The notes beneath the pieces were generated by a model that was given only the letters and a program-made list of their open reading frames with translations, was not told the origin of the DNA and ran no database searches. DNA of 64,000 nt. Source: Hemiscyllium ocellatum (taxonomy: Eukaryota). Each line of letters opens with the position of its first letter. The stretch's first letter is position 1. Positions 37,988-50,774 of this stretch are shown piece by piece. Location: positions 61,724,135-61,788,134 of the forward strand of contig NC_083419.1 of assembly GCF_020745735.1 (NCBI RefSeq). Reading direction: 5' to 3'. A program made the position numbers and the translations under genes.

Positions 37988-40667
37988 CACTTAAATTATG
38001 CTGACAGCACATCAGTTAAAACTTGGTTGGAAGGTGTGCTTGGAATGGGTGGAGAGCATGGAAAGCATTACAGGAGATGCAAGTCTTCCTTCCAAGGGGT
38101 ACTTCAATTAACAGTAGTGATCCAGCAAAGCTTAAAAACTGTCCAGGGTGCCTCTTCTCTCAGACAATGAATGTGGGTGACGTGTCAAGAGAGGAACAGG
38201 CTGGACTGCGATAATCCCATATCTGAAATAACTCACTGACAATCACAGTCAACTGGGTGAGGCACCAAGGACAGAGTGGACTACTTACCCTGCCAAGAGT
38301 ACGCTCCTATATGGAATCAGCAGTTTGAAGCCTTTCACCAGTCCTGGCATTGAAATTCCAGTCATGCAAGTGAAAAGCTCCAAGGGACAGGCTGCTCATT
38401 TAATTAACACCTTTAAAAATTTCTTATCTTGAAGATTCAGTCATTACCTCCTAAATATTTGCGCCTGTGGCAAATCACGGTTTATGTGAAACTGTTAAAC
38501 TATGCACAACACTCTTCTAAATCTAAATAGAAAATAGAATTGAGCTCAAAATTAGAGGCAATTTTCTGATGGACAATTATGCTCTTTCCAAGTAGATAGC
38601 GATGCCATTTACAATATTTATCCTGCACTCACTTGCTCCTTTGTTGTCACATTTCTGTGGATGCTCTTAAGTGTGATTTTAAATTATTTTTACATTTTTT
38701 CCTTTGCTTTCTTGCAGCAATTTCTACCGTCCTTGAGCTGAACTCTGCCAACAATAGTTATCATTAAGGAAACATTTGCGAGCATGCTCAGACAGCGAAC
38801 ACTGGGAGTCTGGGAGTCTGCAGACTGACTGAGGGGTTATTACTCTCCGGTTTAATGTGCACACAGCCCTCAGTTTGCTCAGTGCATGGTGTTTCACGAC
38901 AGCAATTTTGACCTATTGCCAATCAAAGCAGCCACCAAACATCGCGCTCGAGTTTGCATTATTGGACAAGTCCTTCTGTCACAGAGACCCAATCCAGACA
39001 GCAAGTGACTGCAAGACCTTGGGAGAGCCCTTGGAGTGCAGACAGAAGAAAATGTTCCTACTGTGGCATTTATGACAAGCAAATACGCAAGGCCATTAAC
39101 TGGGATATTCAGTTCTGAAGTTCAGTTCAGAAAACATCAAAGTGCTGGTCAGAAGCAAGTATAGCTTCTCTCTCCAAAATAAGACAGCAGTTCGGGGAAT
39201 AAGTTACCTCAGCAGAAATTTAGATTACGCAGCTACCAAAGCTGGTTAGAAATCTATAGATCATTAGAAGCGGAGAAAGTTTGAGCTCCCAGTTGGCCTG
39301 AGAAACCTCCACAGTTCACAACAAAGGAAGCTGGAGAGAATCACTGAATTAGAACTTAAAGATTTGATATAAAAATGGGCAATTCCTGGACCTGAATCTC
39401 TGTAAAGTGATTGTGTTGGAGAATAGTTGATGTCTTGACTTTGCTGTGAGGTTTAAGATTTTTCAAATCTAGAAAGCTTTTTTTTATTGATTTATTTTGT
39501 GTGATAACTGTTTGCTGATCTCATATCTATGCTTCATTTACTAAACAACACATTAACTAATTAAACAACAGAACAAGATCTATCAAACCAGACTTCATTC
39601 CAGGAATAGACATGGCCAGTAATACCATTAGCTGGGATCATAACAGTTCTAAAGACTCATGACTCTCTATGAGAGGAAACATTTTCTATATTTCAGTCTT
39701 AAATGGGTGACCCTTTATTTTTAAGCAGAGTGAGGAGTGATCTGCCCAGTTGCTGACTTCTTAGTAAACTTGTGTCATTCTGATGACAACACAGCACTGA
39801 CCTAGTCCATAGTAATCTGCTGCTTTATCACTTGATCAAAAAATGCTTGTGTTTCTATAATGTCCTTCACGACCTCACACGATCAAACTGCTTCACAGCC
39901 AATTACGTCTCAGTGAAGTTACCATTACAATATAGGAAAACACAACATCCAACTTGTACATTGCATGGAAAAGAGTATTGAGATAGTTTATGAGCAGTTG
40001 GGGTGTCAGTTTAACTTTTAATAAGATGACAGCACTCCCTCAGCACTGGGGTGCGTCTTGAATCCACAATTTTCTGACTGCAGGCAAGCAACAGTCACAT
40101 TAATGGCTCGATTGCAAAGGCCTTTCATCACCACTCAGGAGTTCTGACAACACATAGCAGAAAACTAAGTGGCAATCTTTAAAAGCAGACTTTTTGCTTC
40201 CTAACTCTTATGTCAGAACAGCATGGATTGGAGATTTCAACTCAGTCTGATGGTAATGCTCTAACTTTACTGAAAATTTGCATTGGGAGTCATCCGTCTC
40301 AGCAACATAGCTGGCATACAGCCTTGAATGTAACTGTGGTCAGAAGCATACATGACTTGCACTTCATTCATTGTAGCTGCAGGGAACATGATAGCGTCTC
40401 TTATACTGTATTGAAGGTAAATCTGGTCAATCTGCAAACCAAACTCTCACCTTTCCCTTATTTGTTTTGGTTCAAAGAGAAACAACAATAAAATTGCAAG
40501 CTAGTCTCTGGATAACTGTACTTGCAGAAAAATGAGACAGAAAGGAAGTTAAGAAGGAGAGAAAGAAGAAAAGGAAGGAAAGAAAGAAAGAAAAAAAGAA
40601 AGGGGACACCAACTTAAGTGTCCAACTCACTTTGACTTCAGGCAATCAAGGTCATCCCACAATACGT

Positions 40668-41303
40668 TAAGACCATAAGACATAGGAGTGGAAGTAAGGC
40701 CATTCGGCCCTTTGAGTCCACTCTGCCATTCAATCATGGCTGATGGGCATTTCAACTTCACTTACCCACATTCTCCCCGTAGCCCTTAATTCCTTGTGAC
40801 ATCAAGAATCTATCAATCTCTGCCTTGAAGACATTTAGTGTCCCGGCCTTTCCTGCACTCTACGGCAATGAATTCCACAGGCCCACCACTCTCTGGCTGA
40901 AGAAATGTCTCCGCATTTCTGTTCTGAATTTACCCCCTCTAATTCTCAGGCTATGTCCACGGGTCCTAGTCTCCTCGCCTAATGGAAACAATTTCCTAGC
41001 GTCCACCCTTTCCAAGCCATGTATTACCTTGTAAGTTTCTATTAGATCTCCCCTTAATCTTCTAAACTCCAATGAATACAATCCCGGGATCCTCAGCCGT
41101 TCGTCGTATGTTAGACCTACCATTCCAGGGATCATCTGTGTGAATCTCCGCTGGACATGCTCCAGTGCCAGTATGTCCTTCCTGAGGTGTGGGGACCAAA
41201 ATTGGACACAGTACTCCAAATGGGGCCTAACCAGAGCTTTATAAAATCTCAGTAGCACAACGGTACTTTTATATTCCAACCCTCTTGAGATAAATGACAA
41301 CAT
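40668..41303 (-). mobile_element. Young CR1 LINE 3' fragment (different subfamily)
   Basis: 147-aa ORF containing YKALVRPHLEYCVQFWSP...RRLRGDLIETYK. Its 3' UTR also appears at 25468-25548. Confidence 0.95.
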
Positions 41304-41334
41304 TTAACACATTCAGATAATTCAGTTACCCTTA

Positions 41335-41472
41335 TGTTCTAAGGAAGGGTCACTTGACCCAAAACATTAACTCTGATTTCTCTCCACACATGCTGCCTGA
41401 CCTGCTGAGCTTTTCCAACAATTTCTGGTTTTGCTTCTCATTTGCAGCATCTGTAGTCATTTTGGTTTTTAT
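41335..41472 (+). mobile_element. Short PLE-derived fragment, second hammerhead family
   Basis: gttctaaggaagggtcacttgacccaaaacattaact...cagcatctgtagtcattttggttttta. Confidence 0.78.
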
Positions 41473-42582
41473 CATTATGTCCCAGTTCCTCCAGTTTGTC
41501 TGGTAGATTTCAACGAATCAGTTTTCTGTATATTTGCTTCTTCCACAAATTTGCTTCTCAATGTAAATATCCCTCTTGATCAAGTCCAACTGTTCTGAAT
41601 CTCACACTGGGCTCAAGACCTTGACGAGGCTGTTCCTCGGCTCATTAACCAGAATTATTAGAAAATCAGAGTTTCTCAAATCTTTAAACTTAACCGTAAT
41701 TGTTTCCTTCTACATCTTCCCCAATGCAGTCACGTCCCCTTTCATCAACCAGATACCCAGATGCCTGTAGAACATCTAAACCTCTTCACTCATTGATGAA
41801 ATGTGGAAACACAAATGCTAATTATAGCCCAGTTGATTAGATTCTGAGTATATCTCCCGGTGAGCGTGCTCATCAAAATATCATTTTACTGCAGATGCAT
41901 AGTACTGCCTGTCATCTTCACTCTCAGTGTGGGGAGGATCATCATTTATTTATGACTAACACTTAAACCCCTCCGAAGGAAGTTAATGAACCCAGTAATA
42001 TAGCGAGCTGCAGAAATACTGTTGAAAACCAGCATCATGGCTCCCTCCAAGCAAGTGCTAAACACCCTTCGAGTGATTAAATTCCTCAGTAATTCGGTTT
42101 TATTTGTGCATTTGAGTGCTATCCCTGGGATTCTCTACATTTTCAACCATCTGCCACATCATACTTACATGCCACTAATATCCTGCTGGGTGATACTAAG
42201 GACTAGCTCCCAGCAGGATTATGAGCTTCATCTTAAGAATGATGGTTCTGAATCAGAAACTAGTTAACACAGTATTAGTGACAGATTGGTTCTGAATGGG
42301 ACAATTATTTTTTTCGGGATACGGAGCCAGTCATCATGCCATAATCAACAATGGCTCATTTTGTACCTAAAATCCCAACAATGCTCAAGTGGCATTGCTC
42401 TTGCTAAACCTCAGGAAATGGTTCTTCATTCAGAAAAGAAACAGTGGACAATTCTGCAAAGGCGAATTTGTGCCCTTCTAATACCACAGTTTTCTACAGG
42501 TAGGTACGTACTCCAACCAGAGTTCAACTACTGGTCACTCAGGGAACTCTGCAAATTGTGATCTGCCACACAGCAGGAGAAG

Positions 42583-42871
42583 TGGGCGGCATGGTGGCAC
42601 AGTGGTTAGCACTGCTGCCTCACAGCACCAGAGACCCGGGTTCAATTCCCACCTCAGGCGACTGTCTGTGTGGAGTTCGCACATTCTCCCCGTGTCTGCG
42701 TGGGTTTCCTCCTGTTTCCTCCCACAGTCCAAAAATGTGCAGGTTAGGTGAATTGACCATGCTAAATTGCCCGTAGTGTTAGAGGCAGGGGAATGGGTCT
42801 GGGTGGGTGGCGGGTCGGTGTGGACTTGTTGGGTCGAAGGGCCTGTTTCCACACTAAGTAATCTAATCTAA
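42583..42871 (+). mobile_element. Full-length HE1-type SINE
   Basis: Head gggcggcatggtggcacagtggttagc, B-box-like gggttcaattcc, (taatc)n tail. Confidence 0.93.
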
Positions 42872-43044
42872 AGTCCAACATTATGAAACAGCTCCATTAT
42901 GCTCTCATTTGCACAAGATTATTTTGGATCTGTAACAAAATATGCCATTTGAAGTGTGCTTTTTAATATATTACCAGGCAGTTAGCCCCACAGATTAACC
43001 ACTCACTTGCTGAAATTTTGTACAATTGTTATTTCAGAGATTAT

Positions 43045-43325
43045 CCATGCATCCACATTGACATAATGATCAAGAAGGCACAACTACACCTCTTCTTCCT
43101 CAGGAGACTAAGGAAATTCAGTACGTCAGAAGGACTCTCACCAACCTTTACTGATGCACCATTCTATCTGGGTGCATCACAGCTTGGTATAGCAACTGCT
43201 CTGCCCAGGACCATAAGAAACTACAGAAAGTTGTGAACACAGCCCAGACCATCACACAAGTCAACCTTCCCTCCACTGACTCCATCTACACTTCTCATTG
43301 CCACGGAAAAGCAGCCATCATCATC
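43045..43325 (+). mobile_element. Rex1/Babar-type LINE ORF2 C-terminal fragment
   Basis: IKKAQLHLFFLRRLRKF resembles the KKAQQRLYFLRRL motif of this clade. Confidence 0.75.
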
Positions 43326-43328
43326 TTA

Positions 43329-43658
43329 TGGGCAGCACAGTGGCTCAGTGGTTAGCACTGCTGCCTCACAGCACCAGGGTCCCAGGTTCAATTCCAGCCT
43401 CGGGCCACTGTCCGTGTGGAGTTTCCACATTCTCCCCGTGTCTGCGTGGGTTTCCTTTGGGTGCTCCGGTTTCCTCCCACAATCCAAAGACATGCAAGTT
43501 AGGTAAATTGGCCATGCTAAATTGCTGTTAATGTAAGGTGCATTAGTCAGGGCTCCTGCCCGAAAAGTCGATTTTCCTGCTCCTCAGATGCTGCCTGACC
43601 TGCTGTGTTTTTCCAGCACCACTCTAATCTCCAGCATCTGCAGTCCTCACTTTCGCCT
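43329..43658 (+). mobile_element. HE1-type SINE (43329-~43553) joined directly to a PLE terminal fragment (~43550-43658)
   Basis: The SINE stops at gcattagtcaggg and continues as gggctcctgcccgaaaagtcgattttcctgctcctcagatgctgcc. Confidence 0.82.
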
Positions 43659-46278
43659 ATATAAATACTGCAGCTACAGGAACAGGTCAGAGACTCAGAA
43701 TCCTGCAGTGAGTGACTCACCTAGATTCCACGAAGCCTCTCCATTTTCTGCAAAACAAAGATCAGGAGAGTGATGGAATATTCTTCGCCTTCCTGAATAA
43801 ATGCAACTCTAACAACATTCAAGAAACTCAACATTATCCAAAACACTAATTGGCATCACATCCACAAACATTGATATCCTCCATCACCGACAACAGTGGC
43901 AGCATATCTCCAAGCTGCACTGAACAACTCACCAAGGCTCCCAAGACAACACCTTCCAAACTAATGAACTCTAACACCTACAAGGACAAGGCCAGCAGAG
44001 AATTAGCACTTTCAGGCTCCTCTCCAAGTCACACATCATTCAGAAACTACATCACTGTTCCTTCAGTGTTGCTGGGTTAAAAACATGAAGCTCCCTCCCT
44101 AACTTCCTGGAGTGAAGCTCACCACCACCTTCTCAGGGGCCATTTGCAATGGTCGATAAAAATTGACCGAGCCAGTGATGCCCACATCACATGACATCTT
44201 GGTGTGGAACTTGCTGTTAAACAAAAGATAGTGACACAGTTACTTCCTTGATCCAATCCTCTGTAAAACTTAAAACATCTAGCAACTCCCCGTGAGACGA
44301 GAAAATTCACTTTTCATATTTCTCAATGCATTGTTTCTCAACGATTCTCACCACTCACTTAGACTCATCTTCTTACAAGACTACAATATCATTACCTTGT
44401 ACATCTGTGCATTTAGAAGAGTCGGAAAAAGAACTTACATTTGTACAGCAACTCTCACAAGCTCAGGTCATCTTGAAATGCTTGACAGTTGGTTTAGCAT
44501 TTTGCAAGCAAAGTGACTAGCTATTTACCAGTCCAAGCCTGGATGTTTCCAGGTCTTGCTATAACCAGGGAATGATGTCATGAGACTGCATGGAGTCCAG
44601 AGTTAATGTTGTGATCACAGTGACACCCTCTCTAGTCTGTTTTCCACCATGCTGTCACCCGAACTGGCAATGGGACATGATATACCTGGCATGCATCTTG
44701 GACATTAGCTGATGATATTACTCTCAGAATCATACCTTGATCAGACCAGTGCTTAATCAATCTGTGGAACCATACAATTGCATGGATATAAATAATGAGG
44801 ACTTTGCAGAATTGACTGGGCAGGGATCTAAATCCCATGCCTAGGATAATGTGGGCAGCTCATCCAGTTCTGGATATTTCTAATCAACCTGTTCAAGGAT
44901 GTTACTCTACATTTCTGGAGCTCGTAGGATTTGAACTTGGGCCATCTGGTCTAGAGGTAGGGGCATTACCATTGCACTGCAAAATCCCCCTTCCATTTCT
45001 AGTCATGTTGTCAATGCAGGTTTGCTCATTTGAGTTTTTAAGACAAAGCAATAGTTGCAGATGCTAGCCTTTTGTCCCAGTTTTATTTCATTAACTTCCA
45101 GACAGTGAATATACTGGGAAACAAACACACATTAGCAGATTAACTCCAGCCCTTTAGTTTTATTGGACAGGTAATCTAATGTTATTCTACTACATTATTA
45201 TTCATTATTCTATTGTTCCATTGTTGAACATATATTAATGTTGAGATGGACACAATTTTGATATCTCAGAGAATCAAGGGATATGGAAGTGTGTGATAGT
45301 GAAGTCCCACGTCAGCCTCTGATCATGCTGAATGGCAGGACAGCCTCATGTAGTCCCCTTCTCGTGTTCTTGTACACCCTTTAGATTGGTTGGTCAAGGA
45401 CAACAAAGGCAGACTTGTAGCTATATATACACATTTGTTATCACCTCAAAGTGCATTGCAGCTAAAGAATAACTTGTTGCAGTACAGTTGTTAAACACCA
45501 GACATTAAAGATTGACTAGGTGGAGTACAACATTTCTGGTCAGAGTTTTATTCTAATTCTTCCATCACAAAATTCCAGATCCACATATTACCTTGTTCCC
45601 CATACTATGTACACCTAGTCAAGCACTCACGCAATTAACCCTTAATCAATTTATAACCATTACCTGTTCCCTGGATCCATCTAGACTCAGACATTCCTGC
45701 CAGATAATAACAGTAATCACTGCTGGAATGTAGGACATGGAGCAGACAATTTGCTTAGAGCCAGGTCCCATAGAGAGTGATGTGATGGTGTCCAGTTAAT
45801 GTTTGAGATTTCGATGATATGCTATATTTAACTGGCCAGGCTATCATACACATGAATTCTTTGATTTTCTTCAAAATCATGCAATAGGACCAGAGAGTAG
45901 ACAGGCCTTGGTTTAATGTTGAATGGAAAGTTGATGCCTCTGATAATGCAGCAACCCCTCACTACTGCACTAGGGGCGTGAGGCAGAATTCTGTGCTCAG
46001 GTTTGAGAGTGGGACTTGAACCCATACCTTATGGCTCAACAAGTGAGCGCACTAATAACTGAGCCACAGGTTGACAGCAGGCCAGTGTGCAGCATGAACA
46101 TTGGCATTGACCTGTTGAGAGGAACGGCCCGTTTCTGGGCTGAAAATTCCAAGTACACACAATACAGCCTTGCCCAGGCTGGATCAGTGAAATCACACTC
46201 ATGAGAAAAGTCTACTGCAACAATTCACTGGAGAGAATGAAATAACAGGAATGTCGGTCTGCACAATTTTTAATTTCA

Positions 46279-46713
46279 GGTGTAGATTTGCTCGCTAAGC
46301 CGTAGGTTTGATATCGAGACGTTTCATTACCTGGCTTGGTAACATCATCAGTGGCGACCTCCAAGTGAAGCGAAGCTGTTGTCTCCTGCTTTCTATTTAT
46401 ATCTTTCTCCTGGATGGCGTTCCTGGGGTTTGTGGTAATGTAATTTCCTGTTCGTTTTCTGAGGGCTTGATAGATGGCATCTAGATCTATGTGTTTGTTT
46501 ATGGTGTTGTGGTTGGAGTGCCAGGCCTCTAAGAATTCTCTGGCATGCCTTTGCTTAGCCTGTCCCAGGATAGATGTGTTGCCCCAGTCGAAATGGTGGG
46601 TTTTTTTCATCCGTGTGTAGGGCTACGAGGGAGAGAGGGTCGTATCTTTTTGTGGCTAGCTGGTGTTCGTGTATCCTGGTGGCTAACTTTCTTCCTGTTT
46701 GTCCTACATAGTG
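46279..46713 (-). mobile_element. Penelope-like retroelement (Penelope/Poseidon-type) 3' fragment: GIY-YIG remnant plus hammerhead motif, 11-bp TSD
   Basis: Translates to HYVGQTGRKLATRIHEHQLATKRYDPLSLVALH.../HHFDWGNTSILGQAKQRHAREFLEAWHS (one frameshift). TSD ttttaatttca at 46268-46278 and 46714-46724. Confidence 0.9.
46315..46356 (-). ncRNA. Minimal type I hammerhead ribozyme motif with intact core
   Basis: Minus strand cca-CTGATGA-t-gttacc-aagcca-ggtaat-GAAA-c-GTC-tcg. Stem II pairs, stem III is the palindrome ACGT, and stem I is weak. Activity is untested. Confidence 0.7.
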
Positions 46714-47290
46714 TTTTAATTTCAAACTGTACCGTGCAGTATCAATTTTCTACATGTTCCTTCTGGGATGCAGAACTATGCCCAGATTATTACTGAATGC
46801 CATTTCTGGATTCTAGCTACACATTGACCTTTATACAACAAATGATTTACTGTCAAAAACAACTCAGCTCGAGCCAATAACAGGAAAATAATAGTGTGTT
46901 TATTAGGCCACTCAGATGGATATCTCACAGCTTCGTTCACTGTTAAATATAGCAGCATATGGCGTCATGCAGCCAAATGCTTTGTTCATTTTTCCACATA
47001 GGATGGTCCTGCAGACATCAGTAAGATGAACGAGTTCATTAGCTGCTGTGATGGCATTAATTGAGGTGAGGAAGGACATTGCTCTTGGCACCAGAGGACT
47101 GATAGGTTCCTTAGCTGGAGGGAATTCAATCCTGTCCTGAAGAGATTGCAAAATGTGGCATGCAATTTGCTTCACTTCTTTTAGCTAACATTATTTTTAT
47201 GTACTGCTCTTTGCAAGAATGCCTGAAAACTTCTGAGTTGTCTTTGGAAAGTATTAAACTTTTGTTTTCCACAAAAGTTGTTCTTCTCAC

Positions 47291-47465
47291 TGATGGTACA
47301 ATTGCAACATTTAAGAGGCATTTGGATGGGTATATGAATAGGAAGGGTTTGGAGTGATATGGGCCGGGTGCTGGCAGGTGGGACTAGATTGGGTTGGGAT
47401 ATCTGGTTGGCATGGACCGAAGGGTCTGTTTCCATGCTGTACATCTCTATGACATAATGACTCTA
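47291..47465 (+). mobile_element. CR1 3' end fragment; further CR1 fragments at ~47945-48930
   Basis: Near-identical to 9555-9728. Confidence 0.88.
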
Positions 47466-49715
47466 TAAAAGCAAACTTTTTGCTTGGGCTGTACTACTCC
47501 CAGGGTTATGACAGTCCCAATTTTTTTGGACATTTTTTGAAAAAACAGTTTTTAGGTTCTTGCAAGAAGTGATGATCTCGCTGTGTTAACAGTGACGATG
47601 GGTTGGTTAGTTTGGATAGGTCAGGATACTGGAGTTTGAAGATTGATGAAAAGAGTGAGGAGAGCTCTTTCTCAAGTTAGTTTGGGGTGGTTAAAAACAT
47701 GGGCATTAAAGCAGTCTGCAGGGCAGTTTACCCTTCATGTAGTCATGCTCCTTTTGTGAGGGCTAAAGCTGGCACTAAAGAAAATGGAAGCCTTATCACA
47801 GGCCATCCATGTCTTTAATTCAAACTAAAATATATTCAACCTTTGTAAGGGAAGGAAGAGACTGCTGAAAAATTGATTGTCTCAAAATATCTAAAGGAGG
47901 CACATTAAAAAAAAGGTTAACACGCAAGGTACTGCAAATAATTGGGTTTATAAATTCATGCGGGCCATGGATAGGGTGAATAACTGAAGTCTTCTCCTCA
48001 GGGTAGGGGAGTCCAAAACATAGGTTTAAGGGGAGAGGGGAAAGATTTGAAAGGAACCTAAAGGGTAACTTTTTCCACACAGAAGGTGGTGCAAGTATCA
48101 AATAAGCTGCCAAAGGAAGTGGTGGAGGCTGGTATAATTACAACAATTTAAAAGGCATCTGGATAAGAAATGTTGAAGGGGGTAAGGACCAAATGTTGGC
48201 AAATGGGACTAGAGTAATTTTGGCTTTGGTTGGCATGAGTCTATTTCCATGCTATATATCTCTAAGATTCTAATTAAGATGGCAAATCGAACTTTGGTCA
48301 TTATTGCTGGGAGGGTAGGGAAGTCTGATTCCAACCAGGGCACACCTAGAGCACTGAGTATAGTTTTGGTCTTGAAGAAAGAAAATAATGGCTTTGGGCG
48401 CAGTTCAAGGAGATTCAGTAGGATGGATTGCTGGGATGAAAGGACTGACTTTTGACGAATGGTTCAATAGTTTAGGCCTTTAATCATTTGAGTTTAGAAG
48501 AACACAGGATGATCTTGTTGAAGCAGACAAGGTTCTGAGGAGGCTTGATTGGGTAGATGTTGAAAAGCTGCCTCCACTCCTGGGGGAAATCTCAGACAAG
48601 GGAACACAGTTATTGAATAAAAAGACATTCATTTCAAACTGAGCCGCAAAAGACTTCCTTTGGTCAGAGGATAGGAAATACCTACCCCAGACTTCTCTCC
48701 CCCAGAGTGTTGTGGAGGCCAGATGACTGAAAATACTTAGACGTTTGGATGATATTTGAGCGATTGTGAGTAATACTTTTGTCAGATCTTTGAAATATTG
48801 AGTTGAGGATTGTGTGGGGAGCTGGCTCAAAATAAGAGAGGAGGTCTGGGCTTAAACATGAGCTTATAGAATAGGAGGGTAGAATTGAGGAGCCAAATGG
48901 CCTCCATGTGCCCCTACTTCATGTGTTCTTACAGCAAAAAAAAGGCAAACCACACAAAACAGAATTTCAAAAAAAAAATCAAAATACTTCTCATCGTTAA
49001 ACTTGGAATTAGCAATTTCAGGTCCAAATGGCTCCAGGGGTTTGGCCTAGAACGTGCCGAGGGAGAAGTGGAAAGGATTTGTCCAAACAACTGGGAGCTT
49101 CCAATAACCAAAGCAACTTGGCCCTATTGCCAAATTCCCATCCCTAGCCGTCACGCTGCAAGGGAGAGGTCAGCCACAATTGAGAGGTGGTGTGGAGGAA
49201 ACCAATCCAGATGTTAGAGAGATGAGCTATAAATCAACTACAGGTGGTTCCAGTGAAACCTTGCTTAATGAAAGTCACATAATAGAAATAACGGGGCCTA
49301 TGGGAAAAGTGGTTAGGGTCAGACCAGCACAAATGTATTACTCACAATCGCTCAAATATCACCCAAACATCTAACACAAAGTACTGCACAGCCCAGATGA
49401 CGGTATAAATCATATTTATCAATGAAACAAAAGTAAATTTAACACAGTACATTTCACAAATATTATCAACGCAGGCACAGAGGGTCATCATGGTGCGTAA
49501 GGTAGACTGCCTCATTCCTGTTAAGTGAGCTGTATCTCATATTCTCTCCTTATGCTCAAAATGCTTTGTAATACCTAGTGCCTCTCCCAGTGTTATAGCC
49601 TTGCTTTTGCGTTCACCACCTACAATTTTATCACCAGGACATTTCTTCCTTACATTCTTGTACTATACCCCTCCATTATTTTTAAAAAAGGGATCATTTA
49701 GAAGTAGTGTACCTT

Positions 49716-50138
49716 TCACAGAAAGCTACTCTCTGTACAGGATCTCTCACAGAAAGCTGCTCTCTGACCAGTATCTCTCACAGAAAGCTACTCTCTGTAC
49801 AGGATCTCTCACAGAAAGCTGCTCTCTGACTAGGATCTCTCACAGAAAGCTGCTCTCTGTACAGTACCCCCTCACAGAAAGCTGCTCTCTGTACAGTATC
49901 CCTCACTGAAAGCTGTTCTCTGTACAGTATCCCTCACTGAAAGCTGCTCTCTGTACAGTGTCCCTCACACAAAGCTGCTCTCTGTACAGTGTCCCTCACA
50001 CAAAGATGCTCTCTGTACAGTATCTCTCACAGAAAGCTGCTCTCTGTACAGTACCCCCTCACAGAAAGCTGCTCTCTGTACAGTACCCCCTCACAGAAAG
50101 CTTTTCTCTGTATAGTACCCCCTCACAGAGAGCTGCTC
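49716..50138. repeat. Minisatellite, 31-32 bp unit, ~13.5 copies (tcacagaaagctgctctctgtacagtatccc)
   Basis: Head-to-tail units counted directly; variation is limited to a few positions per unit. Confidence 0.97.
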
Positions 50139-50774
50139 GGTCAGCAGCTGACACCAGTGCCTGTGCAGAACTAAACATACAAAACAGTCACCGCTGGATC
50201 CGCCCTATTCCCAACAGAAGTAAATGTTCTCGAAAATATCATTCATTAAGTCCTTAACAACGTTATAAGCAAGTCACACTGCCGGAATGAATGTTACCCA
50301 AGAACTACCTACACTGGGCCAGCAGCCTCTGACAGAGAACTATATCAGGAGGACTCTGGGAATCAAAGGGGTCTCAGATTTAACTCCCACACCAGTGATG
50401 TGACCACAAAAACCTGGGCTGACACTGTATAACTTAGGGCTGACCAGACTGTTAGAAAAAATAACTTCAGAGCACGTTTTACGTGATTGAGAGATTTCAC
50501 ATGGCATTGGTATCTCATTACAGAAGGAGAAAATGCTGGAAGTACTCAGCAGGTCTGGAAGCATCTGTGGAGAGAGAATCAAAGCTAACAGTGTATTGAT
50601 CAGAACAATTTAAATTATTTCAGTTTTCCACCATTCATTTGCTTTTCAACTACTATCTAATGGCTGGTGAGGGAGTTTGTTCAGCACACATTGGCTGCCT
50701 TAATTTCTACATTCTAGACATACACACACGCACAGAGCTGAAAAACAATGAAATAGGAGCAGTTACTTTTGTAT

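Noticed and set aside
49716-50138. CRISPR-like regular repeat array
   Set aside because: Units are contiguous with no unique spacers, there are no cas genes, and the context is a vertebrate intron. It is a minisatellite, and the overlapping ORFs are artefacts.
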